IMG/VR virus record: IMGVR_UViG_3300023184_004198
Coordinates: 124,001-188,000 of that record
Length of the DNA: 64,000 nucleotides
Strand: one strand, 5' to 3'
In this document: positions 49,364 through 59,300 of the stretch, one piece after another
How the letters are laid out: each line of letters starts with the position of its first letter
Position numbering within the stretch: the first letter of the stretch is position 1
Position numbers and translations under genes: made by a program
The notes under the pieces: model-generated
The model's database searches: none
Seen by the model: the letters and a program-made list of their open reading frames with translations, nothing else
What the model was told of the DNA's origin: nothing

Positions 49364-49593
49364 AAATTGACTGGAACGTTGACCAAGTGATTGGTGAATG
49401 TCAAAAAATGTATTACGGGGCAACGGATCCATATGTCACAGGTTGGAACAATTGGCCTTGCAAACAAGACTTGTATCGTGTAAAATTTGCTGTGGACGAA
49501 ATGTTAAAAAACACCAGTACGTTCACTGGTGAAGAAAAGTGGTTGTTGGAACAAGAACAACAACAGATGTGGAAAATACTAAAATCAAGGTAA
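49360..49593 (+). CDS. Hypothetical protein
   Basis: 77 aa, coupled. Confidence 0.65.
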   Translation: MKIDWNVDQVIGECQKMYYGATDPYVTGWNNWPCKQDLYRVKFAVDEMLKNTSTFTGEEKWLLEQEQQQMWKILKSR

Positions 49594-49596
49594 AAC

Positions 49597-50520
49597 ATGA
49601 AACAGTTATGGACAGAAAAATATCGGCCCAACACTTTGGCGGATTATGTTTTTCGTGACCAAGCACAGCGAGAGCAGGTAGAGGGTTGGGTCAAATCTGG
49701 CGCTATCCCACACTTGCTGTTCTCTGGATCACCAGGTGTGGGCAAGACCACCTTGGCCAAGATCCTGATACATGAACTAGGCATTGATCCGTTTGATGTC
49801 ATGGAAATCAATGCGTCAAGAGAAAACAACATTGATACTATTCGTGCCAAGATCACAGGCTTTGTGCAGACCATGCCGTTTGGTGATTTTAAAATTGTGT
49901 TGTTGGACGAAGCAGATTACATCACTCCCAACGGCCAAGCAGCCTTGCGTGGTGTAATGGAAACCTACTCCAGCACTGCCAGATTCATACTCACTTGCAA
50001 TTATCCCAATCGTGTTATCCCGGCCTTGCACAGCAGATGTCAAGGATTCCACATTGAGAAAGTGGATGTCACAGAATTCACTGCTAGAATGGCCACCATC
50101 TTGGTAACAGAGAGTGTGGAGTTTGACCTGGATACCTTGGACAGTTATGTCAAGGCCACATATCCAGACCTGCGCAAGTGTATCAACTTGTGCCAAATGA
50201 ACACAGTGGATGGCAGGTTGTCAGCCCCTCATGGGGACGAAGGTGGCGCAACATCTGACTATTTGTTGGCGGCTGTGGACATGTTCAAACGTGGCAAAAT
50301 ACGTGAAGCCAGAACATTGTTGTGCCAAAATGTGCGCAGTGAGGACATGGAAGCCCTGTTCCGCTGGATGTACGACAACTTGGACTTGTGGGGCACAACA
50401 CCCGAACGCCAGGACCAAGCCATTATAATCATACGCAACAGTGCGGCCAATAACAGCCTTGTGGCGGATCACGAAATCAACTTGAGCGCAACCATTGTAG
50501 AACTGTGCAACATTCAATGA
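49597..50520 (+). CDS. Sliding clamp loader ATPase (RFC small subunit/T4 gp44-like)
   Basis: WTEKYRP, GSPGVGKTT, NAS, LDEAD, SRC. Confidence 0.95.
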   Translation: MKQLWTEKYRPNTLADYVFRDQAQREQVEGWVKSGAIPHLLFSGSPGVGKTTLAKILIHELGIDPFDVMEINASRENNIDTIRAKITGFVQTMPFGDFKIVLLDEADYITPNGQAALRGVMETYSSTARFILTCNYPNRVIPALHSRCQGFHIEKVDVTEFTARMATILVTESVEFDLDTLDSYVKATYPDLRKCINLCQMNTVDGRLSAPHGDEGGATSDYLLAAVDMFKRGKIREARTLLCQNVRSEDMEALFRWMYDNLDLWGTTPERQDQAIIIIRNSAANNSLVADHEINLSATIVELCNIQ

Positions 50521-50807
50521 GATACTTACTTTTAACCTATTACAAAAAACCCGACGGCAAGATTGACGAAGTCATGGCCGTGGCCAAAAACTTGAAAAAA
50601 CGCGACATTGCAACTTGCAACGTCATACTTGACTTTAAAAAATTAGAAGTGATCAAAGCCAGTATGTCGGGCACAGATGTACCAAAAGATTTTGACCGCA
50701 TTGCAGGGTATTACCATCAACACTATGCTGCCACCATAGAGCGATTGTTCAACGAGAATGGCTACGAAGTTGAAGTCAACAAACCCCAACAAGATGCGGC
50801 TGGATGA
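50517..50807 (+). CDS. Hypothetical protein
   Basis: MRYLLLTYYKKPDGKIDE, coupled. Confidence 0.7.
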   Translation: MRYLLLTYYKKPDGKIDEVMAVAKNLKKRDIATCNVILDFKKLEVIKASMSGTDVPKDFDRIAGYYHQHYAATIERLFNENGYEVEVNKPQQDAAG

Positions 50808-51732
50808 TTTAGATGGTTTACACATTGAACTGACCAATCTGTGTACGTTGAAATGTCCAGGTTGCCTGAGAACACAGTTGATTAAAAAATGGCCTCGCCA
50901 TTGGAAAAATTACAGTTTAGATTTGGATGTTGTTGCAAAATTCTTAGACGTTGATTTGCAGGGCAAAACCATTACCTTGTGTGGCAACACAGGCGATTCT
51001 ATATATCATCCCAAGTTTCATGACTTTGTGGCATATTTTAAAAATCGCGGTGCCCAGCTTCGAGTGTTTACCAATGGTAGTTATCGCAATCAGTCTTGGT
51101 GGGACACCACTGTTTCTTATTTGGACAGCGCAGATACAGTGATTTTTAGCGTGGATGGTCTGCCAGAAAATTTTACACAATATCGAATCAATGCAGATTG
51201 GCAATCAATTTTGATTGGCATGCAGGCTTGTATACAAGCATCTTGCAAAACTGTGTGGAAATACATTCCGTTCAATTTCAATGAAAATGACATTGCTGCC
51301 GCAGAACAACTCAGTCAAAACATGGGCTTTGATGTTTTTAAAATTGAACAAAGCAGCAGATTTGACGAACGCAATGGAGTAGATTATCAGTTGATGTCTT
51401 TCATGCCCAGCGGCAATCAACACATAGATGCAAGATATCAACATCAAGCAGAATGGAAAAACTCAAGGCTCACAATCCAGATTGATCCTGTTTGCAATGA
51501 TCAAAGAAGTCATTACATTTCGGCCAACGGGTTTTACAGTCCCTGTTGTTTTGTATCTGACTATGCATTTTATTACAAGACAGAATTTGGTAAAAACAAA
51601 AAAATGTACAACATTGCAGACCGTACACTCACCGGGTTGTTTCAACAAACAGAATTCAATGAGTTTTACAATAATTTACACGATCACGCAGTTTGTCAAT
51701 TTAGTTGTCCCGCTACACAGGAAAGAAAATGA
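50794..51732 (+). CDS. Radical SAM protein with C-terminal Twitch-like domain
   Basis: CTLKCPGC, CGNTGD, FTNG, SVDG, PCC. Confidence 0.9.
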   Translation: MRLDDLDGLHIELTNLCTLKCPGCLRTQLIKKWPRHWKNYSLDLDVVAKFLDVDLQGKTITLCGNTGDSIYHPKFHDFVAYFKNRGAQLRVFTNGSYRNQSWWDTTVSYLDSADTVIFSVDGLPENFTQYRINADWQSILIGMQACIQASCKTVWKYIPFNFNENDIAAAEQLSQNMGFDVFKIEQSSRFDERNGVDYQLMSFMPSGNQHIDARYQHQAEWKNSRLTIQIDPVCNDQRSHYISANGFYSPCCFVSDYAFYYKTEFGKNKKMYNIADRTLTGLFQQTEFNEFYNNLHDHAVCQFSCPATQERK

Positions 51733-52310
51733 AAAAGAAATTAATATTAGTTGATGCAGATGGTGTATTGTTAGACTGGGAGTTTGCGTTCTCAGTGTGG
51801 ATGGAAGAACACGGGTTTGCCAAACAGGAAGGACATCAGTTTGAATACGATATTGGTGTTCGCTACGGCATTGATCGAGAGCAGAGTTTCAAACTGATCA
51901 AAATGTTCAACGAGTCGGCTGCAATTGGATTTTTGCCACCGCTGCGTGATGCCATGTACTATGTGAAACGCCTGCACGAAGAGCATGGCTATGTGTTTCA
52001 CTGCATCACCAGTTTGAGTACAGACGTCAATGCTGGTAGATTGAGAGAAATGAACCTGCGTAAGTTGTTTGGCAAGACTGCATTTACAGGTGTCACATGT
52101 TTGGCCACTGGTGCAGATAAACACTCGGCACTGGAGCCTTATACCAATTCGGGTCTGTGGTGGATTGAAGACAAGCCCGAAAATGCTGACCTAGGCTATG
52201 ATCTGGGTTTGCAGAGCATATTAATGGAACACGGGCACAACATGAATCATGAGTGCCCGTATCCTGTGGTTAAAAATTGGCGGGAAATCTACGCAATAAT
52301 CACCTCCTAA
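51729..52310 (+). CDS. HAD-family 5'(3')-nucleotidase-like
   Basis: DADGVLLDW, ITSL, WIEDK. Confidence 0.85.
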   Translation: MKKKLILVDADGVLLDWEFAFSVWMEEHGFAKQEGHQFEYDIGVRYGIDREQSFKLIKMFNESAAIGFLPPLRDAMYYVKRLHEEHGYVFHCITSLSTDVNAGRLREMNLRKLFGKTAFTGVTCLATGADKHSALEPYTNSGLWWIEDKPENADLGYDLGLQSILMEHGHNMNHECPYPVVKNWREIYAIITS

Positions 52311-53041
52311 GCGGCGTAGAGTTTCAACACTGACCCAATGATGCTGTGGCGTTGCACGTCACGAGTTTGCATTTCGCACACAGCAATTCCCGCCACTGGT
52401 GTTTGACCCAGTTTAGCGCATAGATCGTACAAGCCATTGTCCCCTCTAGCACGATCGGCTTGTTCCACATCTCCTGTAATCACTATCTTAGAGTTCTGTC
52501 CAATGCGTGTCATCAGCATTTTTACTTGTGCTGGTGTGGCATTTTGCATTTCGTCTGCGATGATCCACGAATTTTTGAAGGTTCGGCCTCTCATGTATGC
52601 CAGAGGAGATATTTCCAGAACTTGATCTTCAATCATGGCCACGATGTCTTGTGGCCTATAGTATTCACGCATGACATCCAATAAGGGACGAGTCCAAGGT
52701 TCCATTTTGGCAACTAAATTGCCGGGCAAAAAGCCATGGCTTTCGCCCTCTACACCCACTGCGGGTCTTGTCAGCACTATTCGATCGCATACTCCTTCTC
52801 TTAGATTTTTAACAGCAGCCAGCATCGCCAGGTACGTTTTACCTGTTCCAGCGGGACCTGCTGTGACGACAATGTGTTGATCAGGGTCCTGTAGTGCCAT
52901 GACCAGGCGCTCTTGATTTCGTGTTCGAGGGATCAAGTCTATGCGGCGAGGTTGTGCCCGCGGCGCTTGGTTAAAGTTAATGGTGTTTTCTACTGCCTGA
53001 TTCATACGTTTTTGTGCTTTTGTTGCTCGTTGTCTACTCAA
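52307..53041 (-). CDS. phoH: PhoH-like ATPase
   Basis: GPAGTGKT, RPAV, GFLPG, YMRGRT, DEMQN, TGDVEQ. Confidence 0.95.
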   Translation of the reverse strand: MSRQRATKAQKRMNQAVENTINFNQAPRAQPRRIDLIPRTRNQERLVMALQDPDQHIVVTAGPAGTGKTYLAMLAAVKNLREGVCDRIVLTRPAVGVEGESHGFLPGNLVAKMEPWTRPLLDVMREYYRPQDIVAMIEDQVLEISPLAYMRGRTFKNSWIIADEMQNATPAQVKMLMTRIGQNSKIVITGDVEQADRARGDNGLYDLCAKLGQTPVAGIAVCEMQTRDVQRHSIIGSVLKLYAA

Positions 53042-53207
53042 GTGTGATTCTCCTAAGCCCTGTAGGGCCAGGTATTTACGGTCAGCATTTTGATGATAAC
53101 GGAGTGGTATTCTTTAATTCTTGGTCACTAAATACTGACCAGGCCGCAAAAAGCACACAGGCCTAAGTCTATTGTGCGCTCACAACAACTTTGGTAAATA
53201 ATGCATT

Positions 53208-53819
53208 ATGCAAACAAAGAACATACACGGCACCAACGACAAAGAACTGTTCAAGAATCACGAAGATTATTGGCAGGTCGCTGACAACATTCGTGACATT
53301 TACATGAGCGATGGCAGTCTGACCACGCTGTTGGACTTTGAACGTGTGTTGGACGAGATGGATATTTACGCATTTCGTAACTGGGAAATTGGCGAATTAG
53401 TTGCTGGCCCAGACATTGGCAAATACACAGTGGGTGTGACATTTATGTGGCCAGAAAAAATGATGCCTGACCCACGCGGCGGCAAAAGGCTGCTGCCATT
53501 TGATTGCAAAGTCACATACAAAAAACAAAAGATCAAAATCCCCATCAAAATTGATGATCCATCGGATTACATTCCTGGCACCAAGAAAGCCAAGATTGTT
53601 GAGAAGCCTGTGTGGCTGGTGGAGATTGTCATGCCCAAGCGCCTCATGAGCGAGATCCGTACAGGCTCAATTGAGATGGAAGATCAAGAAATTGACTTGG
53701 ATGAACTAGACGCAGCCTACGAGCAGGATCTAGACAAAGAAGACACACAAAGTGATGCAAAGGCACAAAATGCACAACAAAACTTACAACAAGACCTCCA
53801 ACCCGTCCCGGCTGCTTGA
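53208..53819 (+). CDS. Conserved hypothetical late protein with acidic tail
   Basis: LLDFERVLDE..NWEIGE..MPDPRGG; TAAATA 7 nt upstream. Confidence 0.8.
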   Translation: MQTKNIHGTNDKELFKNHEDYWQVADNIRDIYMSDGSLTTLLDFERVLDEMDIYAFRNWEIGELVAGPDIGKYTVGVTFMWPEKMMPDPRGGKRLLPFDCKVTYKKQKIKIPIKIDDPSDYIPGTKKAKIVEKPVWLVEIVMPKRLMSEIRTGSIEMEDQEIDLDELDAAYEQDLDKEDTQSDAKAQNAQQNLQQDLQPVPAA

Positions 53820-54339
53820 AGGGTTGCAATATCGTGACCTAGAAGGCATGATGAAGCCTACCATTCATGTGGATGAATTTAGTGGCAAAATGGGCGATGA
53901 TGAGGATATCATTGTGTTGAGTTTCTTTGTGCGTGACAAACAAGCAGCCAAAGACCTAGTGGCCTGGTTTGAAAAAGGCTATGATTTTGTACTGGATGCT
54001 GACCGCAGCCCAGGTGAAATCAAACCCAGCCGCTATTTGGTGTATGTGGAAATGCGTCGCCGCAGTGCTGCACCACAGTATGTGGCCGAATTGATTAATG
54101 ATTTAACTACACTCACAGAACATGAACCTGAAGATTGGATAATGCGATATAATAATCAAACACAGCCTTGGAGTGAAGAAGCATTTGCAAGCACTGTGCC
54201 GCTGACTCCAGATGAGTATCGTAGAACACACGAATCAGATTTGAATGAGTGGCGCACTGCCGCTGGGTTGCCTGTAAAACAGATTCACGAAACCCGGCCT
54301 GACATGCGGGCACTACAGGCTGCTGCTGGACTTATCTAA
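53770..54339 (+). CDS. Conserved hypothetical late protein
   Basis: IHVDEFSGKMG..FEKGYDFVLDAD; start uncertain. Confidence 0.75.
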   Translation: MHNKTYNKTSNPSRLLEGLQYRDLEGMMKPTIHVDEFSGKMGDDEDIIVLSFFVRDKQAAKDLVAWFEKGYDFVLDADRSPGEIKPSRYLVYVEMRRRSAAPQYVAELINDLTTLTEHEPEDWIMRYNNQTQPWSEEAFASTVPLTPDEYRRTHESDLNEWRTAAGLPVKQIHETRPDMRALQAAAGLI

Positions 54340-54847
54340 TCCATTCACAGTAGATTCTATTGTTGCTGTCCTGCTGTAAATCAGCAACACGGAATCCAAA
54401 CTGGTCAGCATATTGATGCAACCGTTCAGGAGTCCAGTCAAAAAAATCAATAGACTTGCATTGTTCATTGCCGTGGTCTTGACGTCCAGGATTGCAACGC
54501 CAGTATATTCTAGCATGCGGAGTCAGCAATTGAACCACATGATCAATTTGCTTTAATATTGTTTCCTCACTACCAAAATTGATACTGCCCAGGCAAAATG
54601 CCACATTAAATTGTATATTGCTTTCAAACTCTTCAATGGTGCATTTGTAGTCAGCCTGATCAAACGCAGGATCTATGCCGGTTAGATTGGCAATGCGTCC
54701 TCGAAACGGATTGGTGCCGCAGCCTACATCCAGCACTGATTCGCCTAGTTTTATTTTTTGGAGAAGTGCCCATCCAGAATATTCATATTGATCAATGTTT
54801 GAGTGCCAATGAGTGCTGAAATATTTGTCTAAGGTGTGTTGGTCCAT
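54332..54847 (-). CDS. Class I SAM-dependent methyltransferase
   Basis: VLDVGCG, GIDP, GSINFG. Confidence 0.88.
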   Translation of the reverse strand: MDQHTLDKYFSTHWHSNIDQYEYSGWALLQKIKLGESVLDVGCGTNPFRGRIANLTGIDPAFDQADYKCTIEEFESNIQFNVAFCLGSINFGSEETILKQIDHVVQLLTPHARIYWRCNPGRQDHGNEQCKSIDFFDWTPERLHQYADQFGFRVADLQQDSNNRIYCEWIR

Positions 54848-54863
54848 ATAATTAATTATACAC
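54847..54863. promoter_or_regulatory. Palindromic bidirectional late-promoter candidate
   Basis: TATAATTAATTATA; TAATTA at 54853-54858 is 5 nt from both divergent ATGs. Confidence 0.6.
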
Positions 54864-55439
54864 ATGCTTCCCAACAGAATATTTCTAACAGGCGTGCCCG
54901 GCTCACGCTGGTCAGGTATTGCACAAACACTAGAAACCATTCCAGGTTTTAATACCACAGACCGCACACCAGCACGTACATACAGTCATCATAGTTACAC
55001 AGGACACCAAGGTGCTTACTTTGGTCCAGGTATGGAACTGGAATGTAGATTAAATGACCAGTATATTGATGCGGCCTGGACTGAGCCTGGTGGCACACGA
55101 TTGATTAAAAGTCATGACTGGGCATATGTGTTGCCTCAAGTACAACATTATTTTCCCAAAGACTGGATCATGTTGGTGTATCGTCCAGACATGGCGTCAT
55201 ATGCATGGTGGCACGAAGCAGGCGGGTTTCAAATCAAATACCCTTGCTATAATGCTTACCAGGACAGTACAGGCATGTTGGCAGCCATAACAAGACAGAA
55301 TCAGTGCATACTTGAATATGCACACAGTCGTAATGCCACTTGGCATCACTTTACACCTGAATGGGTTGAAAGTACATTTGGACATAAGGTTGAAATTAAG
55401 AAGACTTTTCCAGATATTTTAGTAACGGTGCTCAAATGA
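54864..55439 (+). CDS. Sulfotransferase-like P-loop protein
   Basis: IFLTGVPGSRWS, LIKSH, MLVYR. Confidence 0.5.
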   Translation: MLPNRIFLTGVPGSRWSGIAQTLETIPGFNTTDRTPARTYSHHSYTGHQGAYFGPGMELECRLNDQYIDAAWTEPGGTRLIKSHDWAYVLPQVQHYFPKDWIMLVYRPDMASYAWWHEAGGFQIKYPCYNAYQDSTGMLAAITRQNQCILEYAHSRNATWHHFTPEWVESTFGHKVEIKKTFPDILVTVLK

Positions 55440-55666
55440 GAGATCATGTTTGGTATATCAAATACGCCAGTGCCATAACCATATTATGTGCAATGGTGTT
55501 ACACGTTTTGGGCATCACGCCCTGGAACAGTTTTGTGCAAATGATCGGAGCCGCTGGCTGGATCTATGTGGGCTATCGCTGGAATGAGCGAGCTCTGATG
55601 TTGAATTTCTTGCCCCAGTTCTTCATTATTATCCCGGGGCTGGTGTACATGTATTTTTTGCGATGA
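55436..55666 (+). CDS. Small membrane protein
   Basis: Two to three TM segments. Confidence 0.7.
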   Translation: MRDHVWYIKYASAITILCAMVLHVLGITPWNSFVQMIGAAGWIYVGYRWNERALMLNFLPQFFIIIPGLVYMYFLR

Positions 55667-56064
55667 AACGCATACTGATCATGGGTTTGAGTGGTACAGG
55701 CAAGACCACACTGGCTAAGTCACTGCAAACCAAATTGAACTCTGTACATTTTAATGCAGATCAAGTTAGAGGTATGTTCAATGACTGGGACTTCAGTGCA
55801 GAAGGACGCATACGTCAAAGTCAACGCATGCGAGATCTTGCTGATGCAGCCCAGGCTGACTATGTGATTGCTGATTTTATTGCACCATTGAATCGCATGC
55901 GAGTAATATTTGACGCTGATTTTACCATATGGATGGACACTGTACAGCGCAGTCGGTTTGCAGACACTGACCAAATGTTTGTACCTCCTACTAGTTGGGA
56001 ATATGACATGAGGATCACCTCATTTGACTACAATATAGATAATATCTTAAAGGAACTACCATGA
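55663..56064 (+). CDS. Short adenylylsulfate kinase (CysC)-like protein
   Basis: GLSGTGKTT, NADQVR, DFIAP. Confidence 0.75.
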   Translation: MKRILIMGLSGTGKTTLAKSLQTKLNSVHFNADQVRGMFNDWDFSAEGRIRQSQRMRDLADAAQADYVIADFIAPLNRMRVIFDADFTIWMDTVQRSRFADTDQMFVPPTSWEYDMRITSFDYNIDNILKELP

Positions 56065-57026
56065 AACGATTACTCTTACTGTTATTAATGATTCCCATGA
56101 TGGCCCTGGCCTGGGAACCCAGCCGCCCAGTTACTGTGGTGATAGGCAATGCACCTGGTGCAGGCAATGAACTAGCATTTAGAAAACTGTCACAGATCAT
56201 CAATCGCACCAACAAAAAAATTACGTTTGTTGTTGAAAACCGTGCAGGCGCAGACAGCGTGATTGCAATGAATCACATGATGCAAGTATTGCCAGATGGG
56301 CATACCATTGCTGCTTTTAATCACATGAGCCAATATGTTACCCAGGACATTTGGCAGCGCGACATCAAAAAGTATGACTACAACACATTTGAGGATGTGC
56401 TTACCATAGGCAAAAGTCCCTTAGTGCTTGTTGCTATTTCCACCAGCGCAGTCAACACTCCAGATGAATTTGCTACACTGTTGCGTACCACACAACAACC
56501 CGTGTTTGTGGCTGTGGGGTCAGGCGCACATAGAATCACATTTGAGTATTTGATGCTGAAGACCGGGGGCAATAAAAACTTGGTTCGGCACATTGCTTTT
56601 AATGGGCCGGCACAGGCATTGCAAAGTGTTGCTAGTAGTGCAGGTGGCACAGAGTTTGGTATCATGCCCTTGACTGTGGCCCGTCCCTTGATCGAAGCAG
56701 GCCGGGTCAAAGCCATTGGCATCACTGGTGATCGAAAAATAGCGCAAATGCCAAATATCCCACTATTACGAAAGATCGCCCCGGGCATCAACATATTTGC
56801 TGCCTGGAACATTGTGTTGCCGCCACGCACTGATCGTGTGATTGTGGACTATTATGCGGATTTATTTGCTCGGGCTATAAATACTACAGAATACCAAGAA
56901 TGGATGGATCAAAACTTGGTATTTGTGGAAAGCCGAGAGTTAGATCCAGATGGTTTACGGCAACATGCCCAAGAACTACGCCGAACATTCCTACCCCTAG
57001 CAAACCAAATCAACCCCACCGAATAA
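56061..57026 (+). CDS. Tripartite tricarboxylate transporter substrate-binding protein (Bug/TctC)
   Basis: Signal peptide, P.RPVTVV..APG, VENRAGA, GRVKAIG. Confidence 0.88.
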   Translation: MKRLLLLLLMIPMMALAWEPSRPVTVVIGNAPGAGNELAFRKLSQIINRTNKKITFVVENRAGADSVIAMNHMMQVLPDGHTIAAFNHMSQYVTQDIWQRDIKKYDYNTFEDVLTIGKSPLVLVAISTSAVNTPDEFATLLRTTQQPVFVAVGSGAHRITFEYLMLKTGGNKNLVRHIAFNGPAQALQSVASSAGGTEFGIMPLTVARPLIEAGRVKAIGITGDRKIAQMPNIPLLRKIAPGINIFAAWNIVLPPRTDRVIVDYYADLFARAINTTEYQEWMDQNLVFVESRELDPDGLRQHAQELRRTFLPLANQINPTE

Positions 57027-57065
57027 CATAAATATTCGTGTATCGATACACTTAAGGAGAATTCC

Positions 57066-57761
57066 ATGGATGCAAAACAATTTGTTAAAAAACTAGTTGA
57101 GGACAATCAAGCATTGTTCAAGGCCAGCCAGTATAACGTTAAAGAATACTTCGACAGCAAACCTGCTCAAGAAGAATTAGTCGAGCACTTTGTTGGCCGC
57201 ATGGTCAACGAGCGCATGAACATGGTGGAAATTGCCAATGCAGTTGCTGCCATGCCTGCTGACACCCCAACAGAAGAACTAGAACTGTTGACACGTCAGG
57301 CACAAGACGAAGCCCGTCACTTCCGCATGGTCAAAGAAGTCATTGAGCACATGACTGGTCAGCCGCTAGACGTAGCCGCTGCCATCGCTGCTGAGGCTGC
57401 CAAACCCACTGCCAAAGGTGCTGGCTTGTTGGCCAAGTACGAAGCAGAAACTGATCCTGTTGCCCTGGCAGCATATCAGTTGGTTGCTGAAGGCCGCGCT
57501 GAGGCTGTATGGAACCAAATGGCTGACTGCATTGAAGACGAGTTCATCTCTACTAGTTACGCCAAGATTGCCAAAGACGAAGGTTTCCACGCCAACATTG
57601 GTGGTTGGAAACTGGAAAAATTGGTTCAAGACGAAGCCACACAACAACGTGTTGAAGTGTTGGTCGCTAAAATGCGCCGGGACTTGTATGACATTTCATG
57701 CCGGAACACCACTGCTGCTGCGGCAGGCAAGCAACTAGTGGCCGAAGCCTACGGTTGGTAA
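57066..57761 (+). CDS. Ferritin-like diiron protein
   Basis: E..DEARH and E..DEGFH; TAAATA and AAGGAG upstream. Confidence 0.85.
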   Translation: MDAKQFVKKLVEDNQALFKASQYNVKEYFDSKPAQEELVEHFVGRMVNERMNMVEIANAVAAMPADTPTEELELLTRQAQDEARHFRMVKEVIEHMTGQPLDVAAAIAAEAAKPTAKGAGLLAKYEAETDPVALAAYQLVAEGRAEAVWNQMADCIEDEFISTSYAKIAKDEGFHANIGGWKLEKLVQDEATQQRVEVLVAKMRRDLYDISCRNTTAAAAGKQLVAEAYGW

Positions 57762-58294
57762 TGAAGATAGGACTCACACAACGAGTCCTGTTTCACCAAG
57801 ATCGGGCGTATGATTCCTTGGAGCACTCGTGGTACGAGTTTTTGCAAGGACATACGCTCATTCCAATTGCAAACAGACTTCCTGTAAACATCACAGATCT
57901 AGACGCACTAATCATCACAGGTGGCGATGATCATGTCATACGCAACCAAGTAGAACATGAACTAGCAGATTGGATGTTTTTGCTCAATCTTCCTGTGTTA
58001 GGTATTTGTCATGGATGCCAATTCCTAACACAGAAACTGGGTGGCACAGTTGTGCCCGTTGACGATCACATGGACAGTTATCATGAAGTTGATTATCACG
58101 GTGAATCGCACCTGGTCAACAGTTATCATTCTCTGCGTATAGAACACCCACCCCCAGGCGCCACAGTGCTGGCACGTGACCCCGATGGCTATGTAGAATC
58201 CTGGATCCAGGGACGCACCGCTGGCATCATGTGGCATCCTGAGCGCATGTCACAACCTTGGATACCCCAAGAAATACAAAACTTACTAAATTGA
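57761..58294 (+). CDS. Class I glutamine amidotransferase-like (peptidase C26/PuuD-like)
   Basis: ITGGD, LGICHG, NSYH, WHPE. Confidence 0.9.
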   Translation: MKIGLTQRVLFHQDRAYDSLEHSWYEFLQGHTLIPIANRLPVNITDLDALIITGGDDHVIRNQVEHELADWMFLLNLPVLGICHGCQFLTQKLGGTVVPVDDHMDSYHEVDYHGESHLVNSYHSLRIEHPPPGATVLARDPDGYVESWIQGRTAGIMWHPERMSQPWIPQEIQNLLN

Positions 58295-59292
58295 ATCGAC
58301 TGGTTTATTATCCCACAGGCAGTTACGGTACATTTATGCAGTGGCTGTGCAATACTCCCAATATTTCTTCAGCAGAAGATTTACCATTCCATGTTGATGG
58401 CAACAGTCATCAATATGTGCTGAGTGATCAATTCAAATTATTAGTGTCAGATCAAGACACTGAAGAATTTGTTTTGACTAAAAATTCTACTGTGGTATCC
58501 TGTATTCCTCCAGTAGACCACAACAGCAAACTTTACAACAAACATGAACAACAAGATTTTTATTACCAGACCACTTTACAACACATAGAATATTTTGATA
58601 AACGATTGGTAAAAATATTGGTACTTTATCCAACTGAAACTAGTAAAATATGGTGGTGGCATAACAACTGCAAAAAAGTATTTTACACCGAAGAAATGTT
58701 TGATAGAAAAATCAAACATGCTCATCCTGATATCCCTTGGTTGACCACAATAGATCCTGTACAACGTGCTAGGGTGCAAATGAATTATTATCAAAGTCGT
58801 GCATGGTATCAAACATTGTTAGAAAATTTTAACTGCGTAAATGCACATCAACTCAGGCCTGGGCAACTGCGCACAGTGATGGCGCAAGCAATACATTACG
58901 AAACATTTGACAGTTTGAGTCATTGGGCGCAATTGCCCCCACAATTGCCCAATGTTAAATTTGTGTCTTTAGATCAACTACGAGATTGCACAAAGCAAAC
59001 AGTACAAAACATATTTGAATATTTCAAAGTGCAATCTAATTTGCCATTGGATTTTGTTTTGGATCAGTGGACTATGCGACAAACAACTCGCAATAGAGAC
59101 GTCGAACACAGTAAAATTATAAACTGCATAGTTAACAATCAAACCTGTGATTGGAGCAATTTGAATTTTGATTTGTTTGACGAAGTGTACCTTTATTATG
59201 CATTAAAATATCAACACAATATCTTATTAGACACAGACAGCATAGATTGTTTGCCAACCAACTCACAGGATCTACTGCGCCTGGCCCGCTAA
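58291..59292 (+). CDS. Hypothetical protein, possibly sulfotransferase-like (AT-rich)
   Basis: YYPTGSYGTF N-terminal loop; TTG start overlaps the upstream stop. Confidence 0.55.
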   Translation: MNRLVYYPTGSYGTFMQWLCNTPNISSAEDLPFHVDGNSHQYVLSDQFKLLVSDQDTEEFVLTKNSTVVSCIPPVDHNSKLYNKHEQQDFYYQTTLQHIEYFDKRLVKILVLYPTETSKIWWWHNNCKKVFYTEEMFDRKIKHAHPDIPWLTTIDPVQRARVQMNYYQSRAWYQTLLENFNCVNAHQLRPGQLRTVMAQAIHYETFDSLSHWAQLPPQLPNVKFVSLDQLRDCTKQTVQNIFEYFKVQSNLPLDFVLDQWTMRQTTRNRDVEHSKIINCIVNNQTCDWSNLNFDLFDEVYLYYALKYQHNILLDTDSIDCLPTNSQDLLRLAR

Positions 59293-59300
59293 ATAATCAC

